DNA of 64,000 bases, taken from assembly GCA_963791895.1 (NCBI GenBank), contig CAWBTY010000013.1, positions 61,274 through 125,273 of the forward strand, read 5' to 3'. The notes under the pieces were generated by a model. That model did no database searches. It saw only the letters and a list, made by a program, of their open reading frames with translations, and was not told where the DNA came from. How positions within the stretch are numbered: the first letter of the stretch is position 1; every line of letters starts with the position of its first letter. Made by a program: the position numbers and the translations under genes. This document shows positions 26,301 to 36,513 of this stretch, piece by piece. The DNA is from an uncultured Actinomycetes bacterium. Its GTDB lineage: Bacteria > Actinomycetota > Thermoleophilia > Gaiellales > Gaiellaceae.

Positions 26301-27311
26301 CTACCTGACGCGGACGACGCCCGACTGCGCCGTGAAGCCGCTCACGGTCCCGTTGACGCACGGGATCCCGAGCGAGCCGAACTGACCGCACGCGGCGGCC
26401 GACGTCCGGCCGGCGACGACCGCGCGCGCGCGGAACGTCGTCGCCTTCGAGGCCCTCGGCACGGCGTAGGTGAACGAGCCGTTCGCCCTCGCGGCGACGG
26501 TTGCCAGCCGCCTCGTGCCGGCGAGGATCGTCACGCGGGTCGCGACCCCGGCGCCCGCCTGCGTCACCCGCCCGGCGAGGCGCTTGACGCTCCTCACCTT
26601 GCGACCGGTCAACGTCACCGAGCCCGGCGCGATCACGGCCGGCGAGGCGACGGAGCCGCCGGTGTTGACCGTTCCGACACCGGGGTTCCACGGTGTCCAG
26701 AAGCCGACCCAGGCGCCCTGGGCGACCGGGCTGAACACGCCGTTGATCGTCAGGTCTGCACTGAGGAACTTCGCGCCGAACGTCGCTCCGCCCGACGCCA
26801 CGGGAATGTCCGGCGGCGGCAGGCAGAACACGAGCTGCGCGGAACCGATTGCTGCCTGCGGCCCGCTCGTCGGGATCACGTACGCCGGCAACGGGATCGT
26901 CTGGCCCGCGGCCTGCAGCGAGAGCAGGAGTGTCGCCTGCGGCGTCACGGCGCCGATGCACGCGGCTTGAGAGGCGGCGGGAACCGCGCCGGGCGGTGCG
27001 ACGACGATGTCGCCCGCGAGCGGCAGCAGCGCGCCGCCGAGCGCGAGCGCGCTCACCTGGGCCTGCGCCGTCCCGACCTTGGTGCCGGGCGCCGCCGTCG
27101 CGGTAATGGTCGTCCCGGTCGGGATCACGATCGCGGCGCGGGCGGTTGCGTCGTCGGCCACGGCCGCCGACGCGACGATCCGCGTCACGTTGTTGGCCGC
27201 ATACGTCACGGTCAGCTTCGGTGACGTGTACGCGGCACTCGCGACGGCCGCGAGCGCGAGCGCGGCGAGTGCCGCGAGCGCAACGACGGCCGTGCGTGTC
27301 CTGGTGCTCAT
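26301..27311 (-). CDS. secreted beta-rich hypothetical protein
   Basis: Signal peptide (RTRT, hydrophobic core, ASA); GAGGAGG RBS; two Cys pairs; basic C-terminus. Confidence 0.75.
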   Translation of the reverse strand: MSTRTRTAVVALAALAALALAAVASAAYTSPKLTVTYAANNVTRIVASAAVADDATARAAIVIPTGTTITATAAPGTKVGTAQAQVSALALGGALLPLAGDIVVAPPGAVPAASQAACIGAVTPQATLLLSLQAAGQTIPLPAYVIPTSGPQAAIGSAQLVFCLPPPDIPVASGGATFGAKFLSADLTINGVFSPVAQGAWVGFWTPWNPGVGTVNTGGSVASPAVIAPGSVTLTGRKVRSVKRLAGRVTQAGAGVATRVTILAGTRRLATVAARANGSFTYAVPRASKATTFRARAVVAGRTSAAACGQFGSLGIPCVNGTVSGFTAQSGVVRVR

Positions 27312-27337
27312 CGTGGCTTCATCCTCCTCGGTTGGAT

Positions 27338-28540
27338 TCAGCGGGCGGGAAACGGCCCTGCGGCGCGTACCCACTGGCGGTTGTCGTAGCGGTACAGGTG
27401 CACGGTGTCGAGCGGGAACGCGTCCGCCTCCGACGTTCGTAGCCGCGTGCCGGGCAGGAGAAACGGGTTGGCGGTCGTGTCCAGGCTGCGCGCCGCCCGC
27501 AGGAGGCCCGCGCGCGTGAGGTTCTTCCCGGCGCGGCGAAGGGTGTCGACCATCGTCCAGGCGACCGTCATCCCGTACCAGTGGTACACGTCGGTCGTCT
27601 TCGCCCCCGGCGCGAACCGCTTCAGGATCGACGTGTAGAGCGCGACTGCGGGATCCTTCCGCCAGACCGGGTCGGACGGGTTCTTGACGAACGCGATCGC
27701 GCGCGCCCCACGCGTCAGCTGGGGGGCGTTGGCGCGGGCGATCGCCATGATCGTCGGCTCGATCGAGACCGAGGCCAGGTAGAGCTGCGGCTTCCAGCCG
27801 AGCTTCTGCGTGGCGACGACGGCCTGGATCAGGAACTTCGGGGTCGCGAAGAGCATCAGCGTGTCGGCCCCGGACGCCTTCAGCTTCGCGACCTGCGCGA
27901 CGACGTCGGTCGAGGTCAGCTCGTACGACTGCGAGGCGACGATCCTCGGCCCCTTGCCGGCGATCGCGCGCGAGAGGCCGCGCGTCATGTCCTTGCCGAG
28001 CTCGGTCGACTCGAGCAGCACCGCGACTCGAGCCTTCGGCGACGACTGGACGAGATCGCGCCCCAGCACGGCGCCCTCGCCGCGGTAGCTCGGCAGGAAG
28101 CCGACCGTCCACGGGTAGCGGGCCGAGGCGCCGCCGAGCGCCTGGGAGCCGTCGCCGGCGAAGAGCTGCGGCACCTTCTGGGCATTCAGGTAGTCGCGGA
28201 TCGCGAGATTGTTCGCCGTGCCGACCGCGTTGAAGATCGCGAGCACGCCGTCCTGCTCGACGAGCCGACGGGTCTGCTGCACCGTCTGGGCCGGGTTGTA
28301 GGCGTCGTCGTAGTAGCGGTACTCGATCTTCCGGCCGTGGACGCCGCCCTTCGAGTTGACGTAGTCGAAGTACGCCTTGGCGCCGGGGCCGACGGTGCCG
28401 AACGCGGCCGCCTCGCCCGAGAGCGGCACGGTGCCGCCGATCAGGATCGTCGTGGCGGTCACACCGGGTTCGGCCGTCGCGGCGGTGGCCGCGGTCGCCG
28501 CGGCGAGCACCGCGACGGCGGCGAGGAGAACGCGCCTCAC
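27338..28540 (-). CDS. ABC substrate-binding protein (branched-chain amino acid type)
   Basis: EPGVT..I.IG..PLSG, GGVHGRKI..DDAYNP, GTANN. Confidence 0.85.
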   Translation of the reverse strand: MRRVLLAAVAVLAAATAATAATAEPGVTATTILIGGTVPLSGEAAAFGTVGPGAKAYFDYVNSKGGVHGRKIEYRYYDDAYNPAQTVQQTRRLVEQDGVLAIFNAVGTANNLAIRDYLNAQKVPQLFAGDGSQALGGASARYPWTVGFLPSYRGEGAVLGRDLVQSSPKARVAVLLESTELGKDMTRGLSRAIAGKGPRIVASQSYELTSTDVVAQVAKLKASGADTLMLFATPKFLIQAVVATQKLGWKPQLYLASVSIEPTIMAIARANAPQLTRGARAIAFVKNPSDPVWRKDPAVALYTSILKRFAPGAKTTDVYHWYGMTVAWTMVDTLRRAGKNLTRAGLLRAARSLDTTANPFLLPGTRLRTSEADAFPLDTVHLYRYDNRQWVRAAGPFPAR

Positions 28541-29963
28541 CCCGAGATCGGTGTCGCGAGCTCCGGGATCCGGACCGTGGCGGCCGTGACGGCGAGCCGG
28601 GCGCCCGGCGGGAAGGGAAGGTCGAGGTAGAGGAGGTTCGCGGGGTTCTGCGCAAGAGACGACGAGCCGAGGGTGAGCGTGACGCGCGAGCCCCGCGGGA
28701 GGAACGTCGCCTGATCCGAGAGCGAGATCCGGTAGGTCCGCTTTCCCGGGCGGGCCGGGACGCCGCCGCCCGCGACGACGATCTCCTTGCCGGCCGGGGT
28801 GCGCGCGCTCAGCACGGCGACGATCCGCGTTCCAGCCTCCGGTGGCGTTGGCGGTCACGTCGACCGTCGGCGAGCCGAAGACCTCGGTTGCCCTCCGGAG
28901 CCGCGGCAACGCGATCCGCTCGCGACCGGACTGGGAGATCGCCTTCGGGCCGACCTTCCGCACGGTCACCTGCGTCGGGCGCCGGACGATCACCTTCGGC
29001 AAGCCGGCGAAGCGGCGCGGCTGCCCGCGCCAGTTCTCGGGGGAGACCGCCACGGGCCTGGCGAGCGGCGCGGAGGTGTCGCCGCGGAGGTAGCGGTCGA
29101 ACCACTGCGCGCTCGCGGCGAGCATCGCCGGCGTGTCGGCCGCGACGCCGGACGAGGGCGCGTGGCCGTTGAGCCCGATCCAGAGCTGCTTCGGCCCGGC
29201 GAGCGCCCGGTAGGCGCTCCGCGCGTGCTCGAGCCCGAAGGCGAAGTCGCGGCGGCCCTGCGCCATGAACACGGGTGTCTTGACGCCCTTCAGCCGCGCG
29301 AGCGAGGAGCGCGCGGCGGCGAACGGGGCGACGGTCGCGAGATTGCCGGCGAAGGCTGCGTCCCGCAGCGCGAAGACCTCGGGATCGACCCGCTTCGGGT
29401 CGAGCGAGCTCGAGGAAGCCGACCATGACGCCCGACTTCGCGAGCCCCTGCGGCACGAGCGCCTGGCGGAGGTCGGTCCAGCTCATCGAGATGGCGAGCG
29501 CCGCCCACGGGACGTCGGCGACGAGCGAGTTCCAGGCCGCGCCGCCGCCGTACGAGACGCCCCACCCGCCGATGCGGTTGTCGGCGACGTCCGGCCGGTT
29601 GCGAAGCCAGCCGAAGACCGCCTTTGCGTCGGCGATCTCCTTCGGGCCGTCGATCCCGATCAGGCCGCCCGAGCCGCCGTGCCCGCGTGCGTCGTAGGCG
29701 AGCACTGCGTAGCGCTCGCCGGCGATGCCCATCGTCTGCGCGAGCGTCAGCATGTCGCCGCGGTTCCCGCCCAGGCCGTGCATGTAGATCACGGCGGGCC
29801 AGCCGGCGGCCGGCGGCGTGCCCGCTGGGAGCGTCAGCGTCGCGGTGAGCGCCGTCCCGTCGGCCGAGGTGATCGTCACGTCCTGGCGCGAGAAGGCGCC
29901 TGCGGGAGCGGAGAGTGTGAGCGCCCCGACGACCGCGAGCAGCAGGAGGAGCGCGCGGGTCAC
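28537..29963 (-). CDS. secreted CocE/NonD-like alpha/beta hydrolase; frameshifts near 29410 and 28825
   Basis: Signal peptide, YDARGHGGSGG, GVSYGGG, QGRRD; three frames joined by single-base deletions. Confidence 0.7.
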
Positions 29964-30020
29964 GGCGGCGAAGGGTAGCCGCGAGCCGTGCCCGGCGACC
30001 GCATCCTTACAATCCGCGCG

Positions 30021-30842
30021 ATGGACGGCCGGCCGATCGGGGTCTTCGACTCGGGAGTCGGCGGTCTCACCGTCCTGCACGAGGTTCTCGTCACGCTTCC
30101 GCACGAGGACGTCGTCTACCTGGGCGACAACGCCCGGCTGCCATACGGGCCACGGCCCCTCGGCGAGGTGCGGCGGTTCGCGCTCGAGGTGGGGCAGGAG
30201 CTCGAGCGCACGGGCGTCAAGCTCGTCGTCGTCGCGTGCAACAGCGCGACGGCGGCGGGTCTGCCCGACCTGCAGCGCAGTCTCTCCGTGCCCGTCGTCG
30301 GCGTCCTGCAACCCGAGGCGCACGCGGCCGCGCTCGCGACGCGCAATCGGCGGGTCGGCCTCCTCGCGACCGAGGCGACGGTCGCGAGCGGCCGCTACGA
30401 GGAGCTCGTGCACGCGTACGACGCGGGCGTCGAGGTGATCGCCGTCCCGTGCCCGCGGCTCGTCCCCCTGATCGAGGGGCCCGACCCGTACGGCGAGGAG
30501 ACCACCGAGGCGGTCCGCGAGGTCGCAGCGCCGCTACGGGAGGCCGACGTCGACACCGTGATCCTCGGCTGCACGCACTACCCGATCCTGCGGCCGATCT
30601 TCCAGCGGGTCTTCGGGCGCGGCGTGACCCTCGTCTTCTCGGCCGAGGAGACGGCGCGGGAGGTTGCGGAGACGCTCGCGCGGAAGGGGATCGAGAACGG
30701 GGAGGAGCGCGAGGGCTCCTACCGCTTCCTCACGACCGGCGACCCGGCCGCCTTCGCCGAGATGGGCAAGCGGTTCCTTCAGCTCCCGATCGGCCGTGTC
30801 GAGCACGTGACGCTCGCCGCCGCGGCGCCCGCGGCCGCCTGA
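30021..30842 (+). CDS. murI: glutamate racemase
   Basis: FDSGVGGLTV, PYG, ACNSA, LGCTHYP. Confidence 0.95.
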   Translation: MDGRPIGVFDSGVGGLTVLHEVLVTLPHEDVVYLGDNARLPYGPRPLGEVRRFALEVGQELERTGVKLVVVACNSATAAGLPDLQRSLSVPVVGVLQPEAHAAALATRNRRVGLLATEATVASGRYEELVHAYDAGVEVIAVPCPRLVPLIEGPDPYGEETTEAVREVAAPLREADVDTVILGCTHYPILRPIFQRVFGRGVTLVFSAEETAREVAETLARKGIENGEEREGSYRFLTTGDPAAFAEMGKRFLQLPIGRVEHVTLAAAAPAAA

Positions 30843-30859
30843 CGGCGCACGGCAGCCGA

Positions 30860-30879
30860 GGGCGAGATATATCTCGCCC
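30860..30879. promoter_or_regulatory. perfect 20-bp palindrome upstream of rph
   Basis: GGGCGAGATATATCTCGCCC. Confidence 0.5.
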
Positions 30880-30883
30880 CTAC

Positions 30884-31609
30884 ATGACGACGGTCACCCG
30901 TCACGACGGCCGCCGGCCCGACGAGCTCCGCGAGCTCGACCTCCAGCCCGACTTCCTGGAGCAGCCGCACGGCTCGGTCCTCTACGCGCAGGGACGCACG
31001 GTCGTCCTCTGCACGGCGACGGTGGAGGAGGAGATCCCGCGCTGGCTGCGCGGCAAGGGCCGTGGCTGGATGACGGCGGAGTACTCGCTGCTCCCCGCCT
31101 CGACCGGCGAGCGGACGCAGCGGGCCGCCTCGCGCGGCCGCCCCGACGGCCGGACGATCGAGATCCAGCGGCTGATCGGGAGGGCGCTCCGCAGCGTGTG
31201 CGACTTCAAGGCGCTCGGGGAGCGGACGCTCTGGCTCGACTGCGACGTGCTCCAGGCCGACGGCGGCACGCGTTGCGCCGCGATCACCGGCGCCTACGTC
31301 GCCGCGTACCGGGCGCTCGACCGCTTCGGGCTCACGAAGGCGCTGCCCTCAGCGGTGGCCGCCGTCTCGGTAGGCGTCGTGAAGGGCGAGCCCGTGCTCG
31401 ACCTCGACTACGTCGAGGACTCGTCGGCGGAGACGGACATGAACGTCGTGATGGCAGCCGACGGGCGGCTCGTCGAGGTGCAGGCGACGGCCGAGAAGGA
31501 GCCGTTCTCGCGCGAGGTGCTCGACCGGCTGCTCGACCTCGCGGCCGGCGGCATCGAGGAGCTCGGAAACGCCCAGCGCGGCGCGTGCGAGGCGCCGTCG
31601 CTCCTGTGA
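30884..31609 (+). CDS. rph: ribonuclease PH
   Basis: GWMTAEYSLLP, EIQRLIGR, DVLQADGGTRCAAITG, DLDYVED. Confidence 0.95.
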   Translation: MTTVTRHDGRRPDELRELDLQPDFLEQPHGSVLYAQGRTVVLCTATVEEEIPRWLRGKGRGWMTAEYSLLPASTGERTQRAASRGRPDGRTIEIQRLIGRALRSVCDFKALGERTLWLDCDVLQADGGTRCAAITGAYVAAYRALDRFGLTKALPSAVAAVSVGVVKGEPVLDLDYVEDSSAETDMNVVMAADGRLVEVQATAEKEPFSREVLDRLLDLAAGGIEELGNAQRGACEAPSLL

Positions 31610-32163
31610 CAGCGGCCGCGCGGCTCGTCCTCGCCTCCGGCAACCAGCACAAGCTCGAGGAGCTCCGGCGGGCGTTGCCCGAGCACGTCCTCGAGCTGCT
31701 CGGGCGTGACGACGCTCCGGCCGAGGACGGCGAGACGTACGAGGCGAACGCCCGCCTGAAGGCGCGATGGGGTCGGCTCCACGCGCCCCCCGACGCCTGG
31801 GCCGTCGGCGAGGACTCGGGGATCGAGGTCGCTGCGCTGGACGGCAGGCCCGGAATCCACTCGGCGCGCTGGGACGCCGATCCCCTCGGCAGGCTGCTCG
31901 ACGAGCTTCGGGGCCATGCCGACCGGAGCTGCCGCTACCGGTGCGTGATCGTCGCCCTCGGCGCGGACGGGAGCGAGCTCGTCGCAGAGGGCGAGCTCGC
32001 GGGTGTCGTCGCGCACGAGCCGCGTGGCACGGGCGGGTTCGGCTACGACCCGCTGTTCGTGCCCGCGGGCGAGAGCCGGACCGTCGCGGAGCTCGGCGAC
32101 GACTGGAAGAACGCTCACTCGCACCGGGCGCGTGCCGCCGCGGCGCTCGCACGCATGCTCTGA
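31606..32163 (+). CDS. rdgB: non-canonical purine NTP pyrophosphatase
   Basis: ASGNQHK, EDSG, PGIHSAR, GFGYDPLF, SHR. Confidence 0.9.
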   Translation: MTAAARLVLASGNQHKLEELRRALPEHVLELLGRDDAPAEDGETYEANARLKARWGRLHAPPDAWAVGEDSGIEVAALDGRPGIHSARWDADPLGRLLDELRGHADRSCRYRCVIVALGADGSELVAEGELAGVVAHEPRGTGGFGYDPLFVPAGESRTVAELGDDWKNAHSHRARAAAALARML

Positions 32164-32166
32164 CCC

Positions 32167-33000
32167 TCAGGCCGCCGCGGTCTCCGGGTGCTTGGCGACC
32201 ACCGTGCGGCCCGTGACGCCGTAGGCGAGCACGTAGTTCAGCGTCGCGCCGAAGACGATCATGATCGCCATCACGTAGAGCGAGACGAGCAGCAGGAAGG
32301 TCGTCCCGAGCGCCTGCAGGGCCACGAGCTCCGAGGTGAGGAAGAGGAAGAGCGGGAGGAGCTGGATCGTGATCGCCATCGAGACCGACACGAGGAGCGC
32401 GCCCGGGAGCACCTCCCGCCAGGAGAGACGCGCGTTCGGCAGCCGGTGGTAGGCGGAGACGAGGAAGACGAAGAGCGCGGCGCCCGAGACGAGCAGCGTC
32501 AGGACGAACGCCACCAGGCTGTTCGAGACGACGTCCGTCGCATACCGGCGGAGGAGGTCGTAGCCGAAGGTCCCGATCGCGAGGCCGGTGAAGAGGACGA
32601 CGAGCGCGCTCGTCATGTAGATCGTCGCCAGCGCCTTCCCGCGCAGGAACGGCCGGTTCGGCCGGCCGTACATGATGTTGAACGCCGACTCGAGCGCGGA
32701 GAAGAGCGAGAGCGAGCTCCAGAGGAGGGCTGCCGCGCCGACCGCCGAGAGGGTCGCGGCGTTGCGCTGGACTGCTTCGACGACGTCCACGATCGACTCC
32801 ACCGACTGCTCCGGGAAGATGTCCTCGAGGTACTCGACGAGCGCGCTCGACGAGTCGGCCTGGTCGAGGAAGCCGAGGATCGAGAGGGCGAGGAAGACGA
32901 GCGGCACGAATGACATGAGCGCGAAGTAGGCGACCATCGCCGCGAGGTGCGTGCCCCGCTCGTTGAAGAACCGTGCGAATGTCTCTCGGATGGCGCGCAT
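32167..33000 (-). CDS. YihY/virulence factor BrkB family membrane protein
   Basis: LAAMVAYFALMSFVP, ALESAFN, LPGA. Confidence 0.8.
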   Translation of the reverse strand: MRAIRETFARFFNERGTHLAAMVAYFALMSFVPLVFLALSILGFLDQADSSSALVEYLEDIFPEQSVESIVDVVEAVQRNAATLSAVGAAALLWSSLSLFSALESAFNIMYGRPNRPFLRGKALATIYMTSALVVLFTGLAIGTFGYDLLRRYATDVVSNSLVAFVLTLLVSGAALFVFLVSAYHRLPNARLSWREVLPGALLVSVSMAITIQLLPLFLFLTSELVALQALGTTFLLLVSLYVMAIMIVFGATLNYVLAYGVTGRTVVAKHPETAAA

Positions 33001-33037
33001 GCCTCGACGCGCAGTTTGACTAGAGTCGAGCGCCGGC

Positions 33038-33385
33038 ATGGACGCCTCCGCCGCTCTCTCGGAGCTCCTGGAGCTCTCGACGCAGGTCGTCGAGGCCGTC
33101 GTCGTCTCCGCTGACGGAGCCGTCGAGGCCTCCCGCACCGCGAGCGACGACCGGGCGCGGGACTTGGCGCGCGCGGGCGCGGGCCTGCTCACGGCCGCCG
33201 CGACGATCCGTCCCGGCGCCCCCGCGGTCGAGCGGGTGCACGTCGACCTCGCCCGCGGCTCCCTCGTGGTCGTCAGCGACGGCGAGCGGTCGATCGTCGC
33301 GACGACCGTCGCCGAGCCGACCGCCGGCCTCGTCGCGTTCGACCTCAGGACCGCCCTTCGCCGGCGGCGCGAGGCGACGGCGTGA
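33038..33385 (+). CDS. roadblock/LC7-like protein
   Basis: AVVVSADG..., alpha/beta pattern ending GLVAFDLR. Confidence 0.6.
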   Translation: MDASAALSELLELSTQVVEAVVVSADGAVEASRTASDDRARDLARAGAGLLTAAATIRPGAPAVERVHVDLARGSLVVVSDGERSIVATTVAEPTAGLVAFDLRTALRRRREATA

Positions 33386-33555
33386 AGCTCGTCCTCCTCG
33401 GTGCAGCGATCGCTCTCTGGCTCGTCCTTCGTCGCCGGCGCGGTGACGACACTCGTGTCGTCGTCGCGTGGGAGGACGGCTCCGAGCTCGAGCTCCGCGA
33501 CGGCACGCCGGAGCGGGAGCGGCTCCTCGCGCTCGCCACGGACGTGCTCCGATGA
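33382..33555 (+). CDS. 57-aa single-TM protein (not in ORF track)
   Basis: MKLVLLGAAIALWLVLRRRRGDDTRVVVAWEDGSELEL...; GTGA and ATGA overlaps at both ends. Confidence 0.7.
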   Translation: MKLVLLGAAIALWLVLRRRRGDDTRVVVAWEDGSELELRDGTPERERLLALATDVLR

Positions 33556-34112
33556 CGAAGGTCGACGACCTCGGCCTCCGGCTGCTCGACGCCGCGCTGC
33601 TCGAGGGGGACTTCACGCTCCGCTCGGGCAAGCGGTCGCGCTGGTACCTCGACAAGTACCGGTTCGAGACCGACCCCGGGATCCTGAGAGAGCTCGGTGA
33701 GCGCCTCACGGGTCTCGTCGCGGACGTCGAGCCGGAGGCGGCGAGGCTCGCCTGCCCGGTCGTCGGAGCCGTCGCCCTGGCCGCTTCGGCTGCCATGGCG
33801 TCCGGGCGCCCCTTCATCATCGTGCGCGATGAAGCCAAGGGATACGGCACGGGGAACCAGCTCGAGGGGGCGTTCGCGCCCGGCGAGCTCGTGTGTCTCG
33901 TCGAGGACATCGTCACCTCCGGTGGCGCTCTCGGCGAGACAGTGGAGGCCGTTCGCGCAGCCGGGCTCGTCGTCCGGCACGCGGTGTGTGTCGTCGACCG
34001 GGAGGAGGGCGGCGCGGACGCGCTCGCCCGGCTCGGGGTGCGCCTCACCGCGCTCTACCGTGCGGGCGACCTGCTGGCAACGCGGGACGAGCATGTGAAG
34101 CCGCATCGTTGA
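33552..34112 (+). CDS. pyrE: orotate phosphoribosyltransferase
   Basis: GDFTLRSGKRS, K.YGT, LVEDIVTSGG, VVDREEG. Confidence 0.9.
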   Translation: MTKVDDLGLRLLDAALLEGDFTLRSGKRSRWYLDKYRFETDPGILRELGERLTGLVADVEPEAARLACPVVGAVALAASAAMASGRPFIIVRDEAKGYGTGNQLEGAFAPGELVCLVEDIVTSGGALGETVEAVRAAGLVVRHAVCVVDREEGGADALARLGVRLTALYRAGDLLATRDEHVKPHR

Positions 34113-34180
34113 GCCGAATCCGCCGCGCCTATAGGCTCGGCGGCGATGTCATCGAGGAAATCGACCAGGGAGGATCGAAC

Positions 34181-34456
34181 GTGACCAAGCAAGAGTTCGT
34201 GGATGCCGTCGCCGACAAGGCGGGCATAACGAAGCGCGACGCCGGCACGGCGGTCGACGCGGCACTCGACGTGATCGAGCGCACTCTCGTGACCGGTGAC
34301 TCCATCACGTTCACCGGTTTCGGCAAGTTCCACGTCACCCGGCGCGCCGCCCGCCAGGGCGTGAATCCCCGCACCGGCGAGCCTGTGCAGATCTCTGCGG
34401 CCAACGTGCCGAAGTTCTCGGCCGGCTCGCAGCTCAAGAAGGCCGTGAACAGCTAG
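34181..34456 (+). CDS. hup: HU DNA-binding protein
   Basis: TGFGKF, RAARQGVNPRTGE, PKFSAG; GGAGG RBS. Confidence 0.95.
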   Translation: MTKQEFVDAVADKAGITKRDAGTAVDAALDVIERTLVTGDSITFTGFGKFHVTRRAARQGVNPRTGEPVQISAANVPKFSAGSQLKKAVNS

Positions 34457-34554
34457 CTCGCGAGCGGGAGCCCGCAGGAGCGGGCTCCCGCCGCTTGATC
34501 CCGCGGCTTCGGCGGGAGCAGATCCCTGAAGGCGTCCCGCTGTCGCGGCCGCAA
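34457..34554 (+). repeat. long multi-hairpin repeat, copy 5
   Basis: GCGGGAGCCCGC-AGGA-GCGGGCTCCCGC ... GATCCCTGAAGGCG. Confidence 0.8.
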
Positions 34555-34585
34555 GCCTGAGCGTCGTTCGCCGCAGTCGTGGCCC

Positions 34586-34662
34586 GGTGTCCGACTTCAA
34601 GTCGGACACCTCGCTCGTCGTCGCGTCCCTCGCTTCCCGGTGTCTGGCTTCAGCCAGACACC
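34586..34662. repeat. two REP-like palindromes (34586-34610, 34639-34662)
   Basis: Identical to the 8958 and 8925 types. Confidence 0.9.
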
Positions 34663-34680
34663 TGCTCTTCGCCCGCGCGC

Positions 34681-34710
34681 TTGCAACACGAACACACGTT
34701 CGATTACGCT
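34681..34710 (+). promoter_or_regulatory. promoter TTGCAA-N18-TACGCT with LexA box CGAAC-ACAC-GTTCG (34689-34702)
   Basis: Matches the Gram-positive SOS box; precedes a DNA repair gene. Confidence 0.8.
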
Positions 34711-34717
34711 TCGCTAT

Positions 34718-36377
34718 GTGCAACTCTCGTTCGACGCCGCCGACCGGCTCGTGGAGCTCGTCGAGGCGCGGCGTGGGCCGGTCGACGCGACGGAGGCGGC
34801 GCGGAGCCTCTTCGCGCTCGCGAGCGCGCCGACGGCACTCGCCCGCTCGCTCCTCGACGACGTCGTCGCGGGCGACGCGCGCCTCGCCTGGCGGGGCGCC
34901 TCGGTCGGCCTCGCCGCCCCACCTGGCGAGGACGTGCAGCTCGAGCACGCGCATTTCGTCGTCGTCGACCTCGAGACCACGGGCCTCACGCCCCGGAGCG
35001 CGAGGATCTGCGAGATCGGCGCGCAGCGGATCCGCGCGCTCGAGCTCGAGGACGCCTTCGAGACGCTCGTCGACCCGCGCGTGCCGCTCCCGGCTGCGGT
35101 CACGGCGCTCACCGGGATCCGCCAGTCCGCGCTCCGCGGAGCGCCGCGGGTGGAGCTCGCGATGCGGCGCTTCCTCGAGTTCGCCGGCGACGCGGCGCTG
35201 GTGGCTCACAACGCGCGCTTCGACCTCGCCTTCCTCGACCGCGAGGTCGAGCTCCTCACCGGGCGTCGCATCGCCGCGCCCGTCGTCGACACCGTCTGGC
35301 TGGCGAAACGGCTCCTCGGCGACCGTACCCGGCCGCTTCGGCCTTGCGGCGCTGGCGCACTTCTTCGGCGTCTCGACCGCGCCGTGCCACCGGGCGCTGC
35401 CGGACGCGCAGGCGACGGCCGAGATCCTCGTCCGCCTGCTCGGGCTCGCGCAGGAGCGAGGCGCCCGGACGCTCGCCGACCTCGTCGAGCTCGCCGCGCC
35501 CCGCGCCCGCCGGCTCCACGCCAAGCGCTCGCTCGTCGCGGGCGCACCCTCGAGGCCGGGCGTCTACGTCTTTCGCGGCCGCGACGAGCTGCCGCTCTAC
35601 GTCGGCCGCGCTCGCGACCTCCGTGCGCGCCTGCGCTCCTACTTCGCCGGGGGCCGGCAACGACCGGCCGTCGAGGCGGCGCTCGGCGCGCTCGAGCGCG
35701 TCGAGTGGTCGGAGACCGGCTCGGAGCTCGAGGCCGCGCTCGACGAGCTCCGCCTGCTGCGCGAGCTGCGTCCGCCTGCGAACGCGCGGGGGACGCGTCC
35801 CGACCGTCACGTCTACCTCCGGCTGCGCGGCGAGCGGTGGACGGTGACCGAGGAGCCGACGCCGTTCGGCCCGCTCGCGAGCCGAAGCCTCACGCGCCGG
35901 GCCGCACAGGCGCTCGCCGGCCACAGCGGCGAGCCCGCCGCGGCGCTCGAGCCGTTGCGTGCGCGCGTGCGGCGGCTCGGACGTGACCAGCGCTTCGAGG
36001 ACGCCGCGCGCCTCCGCGACCGGCTCGCGGCGCTCGAGCAGGCGGTCGTCGGCCTGCAGGAGCTCGAGCGGCTGCGCACGCTCCGCGTGTGTGTCGTCGT
36101 GCCCGCGAGGAGGCCGGGCTTCGTCCGGGCGCACGCGCTCGGGAACGGGAGGATCGCCGCGATCCGCCTGCTCCCGCGCGGGCCGGGCGTCGTGCCGGAG
36201 ACCGCCGCGCTGCTCTCGGCCGCCGAGCAGGAGTCGCGCTCATCCGGACCGGAGGACGTCGACGAGCTCAGGCTCGTCGCCTCGTTCCTTCGCAGGCCGC
36301 CGCCCGAGCTGCGCGTGACGGCCCTCGAGCGCGACGCAATCTGCGCTCTGGTGGACGGGATACCCTTGGCTGCGTGA
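34718..36377 (+). CDS. DEDDh exonuclease / GIY-YIG (UvrC/Cho-like) fusion; 1-nt frameshift near 35325
   Basis: VDLETTG, AHNARFD, HRALPDA, PGVYVF..LYVGRA..LR.R..SYF, QRFEDAARLRD. Confidence 0.85.
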
Positions 36378-36403
36378 CCGTCGCTCGCCTGCGGCTCGCT
36401 CCC

Positions 36404-36487
36404 GCGGGGGAAACCATGTTTCCCCCACGGGCCCCCTTCTTTTTTCCTCTTGTGGGGGAACCGCCCGGTTCCCCCACGCCCCCTCCC
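36404..36487. repeat. tandem GGGGGAA...TTCCCCCAC hairpins with pyrimidine tract
   Basis: Two related hairpins, each followed by CCCCCTYC. Confidence 0.7.
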
Positions 36488-36513
36488 CGGGTCACGAGCC
36501 GGCGAGCCGGCTC

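Noticed and set aside
34718-36377. Programmed frameshifting or pseudogenisation of the frameshifted genes
   Set aside because: No slippery sequences; all sites are single-base insertions in otherwise intact genes
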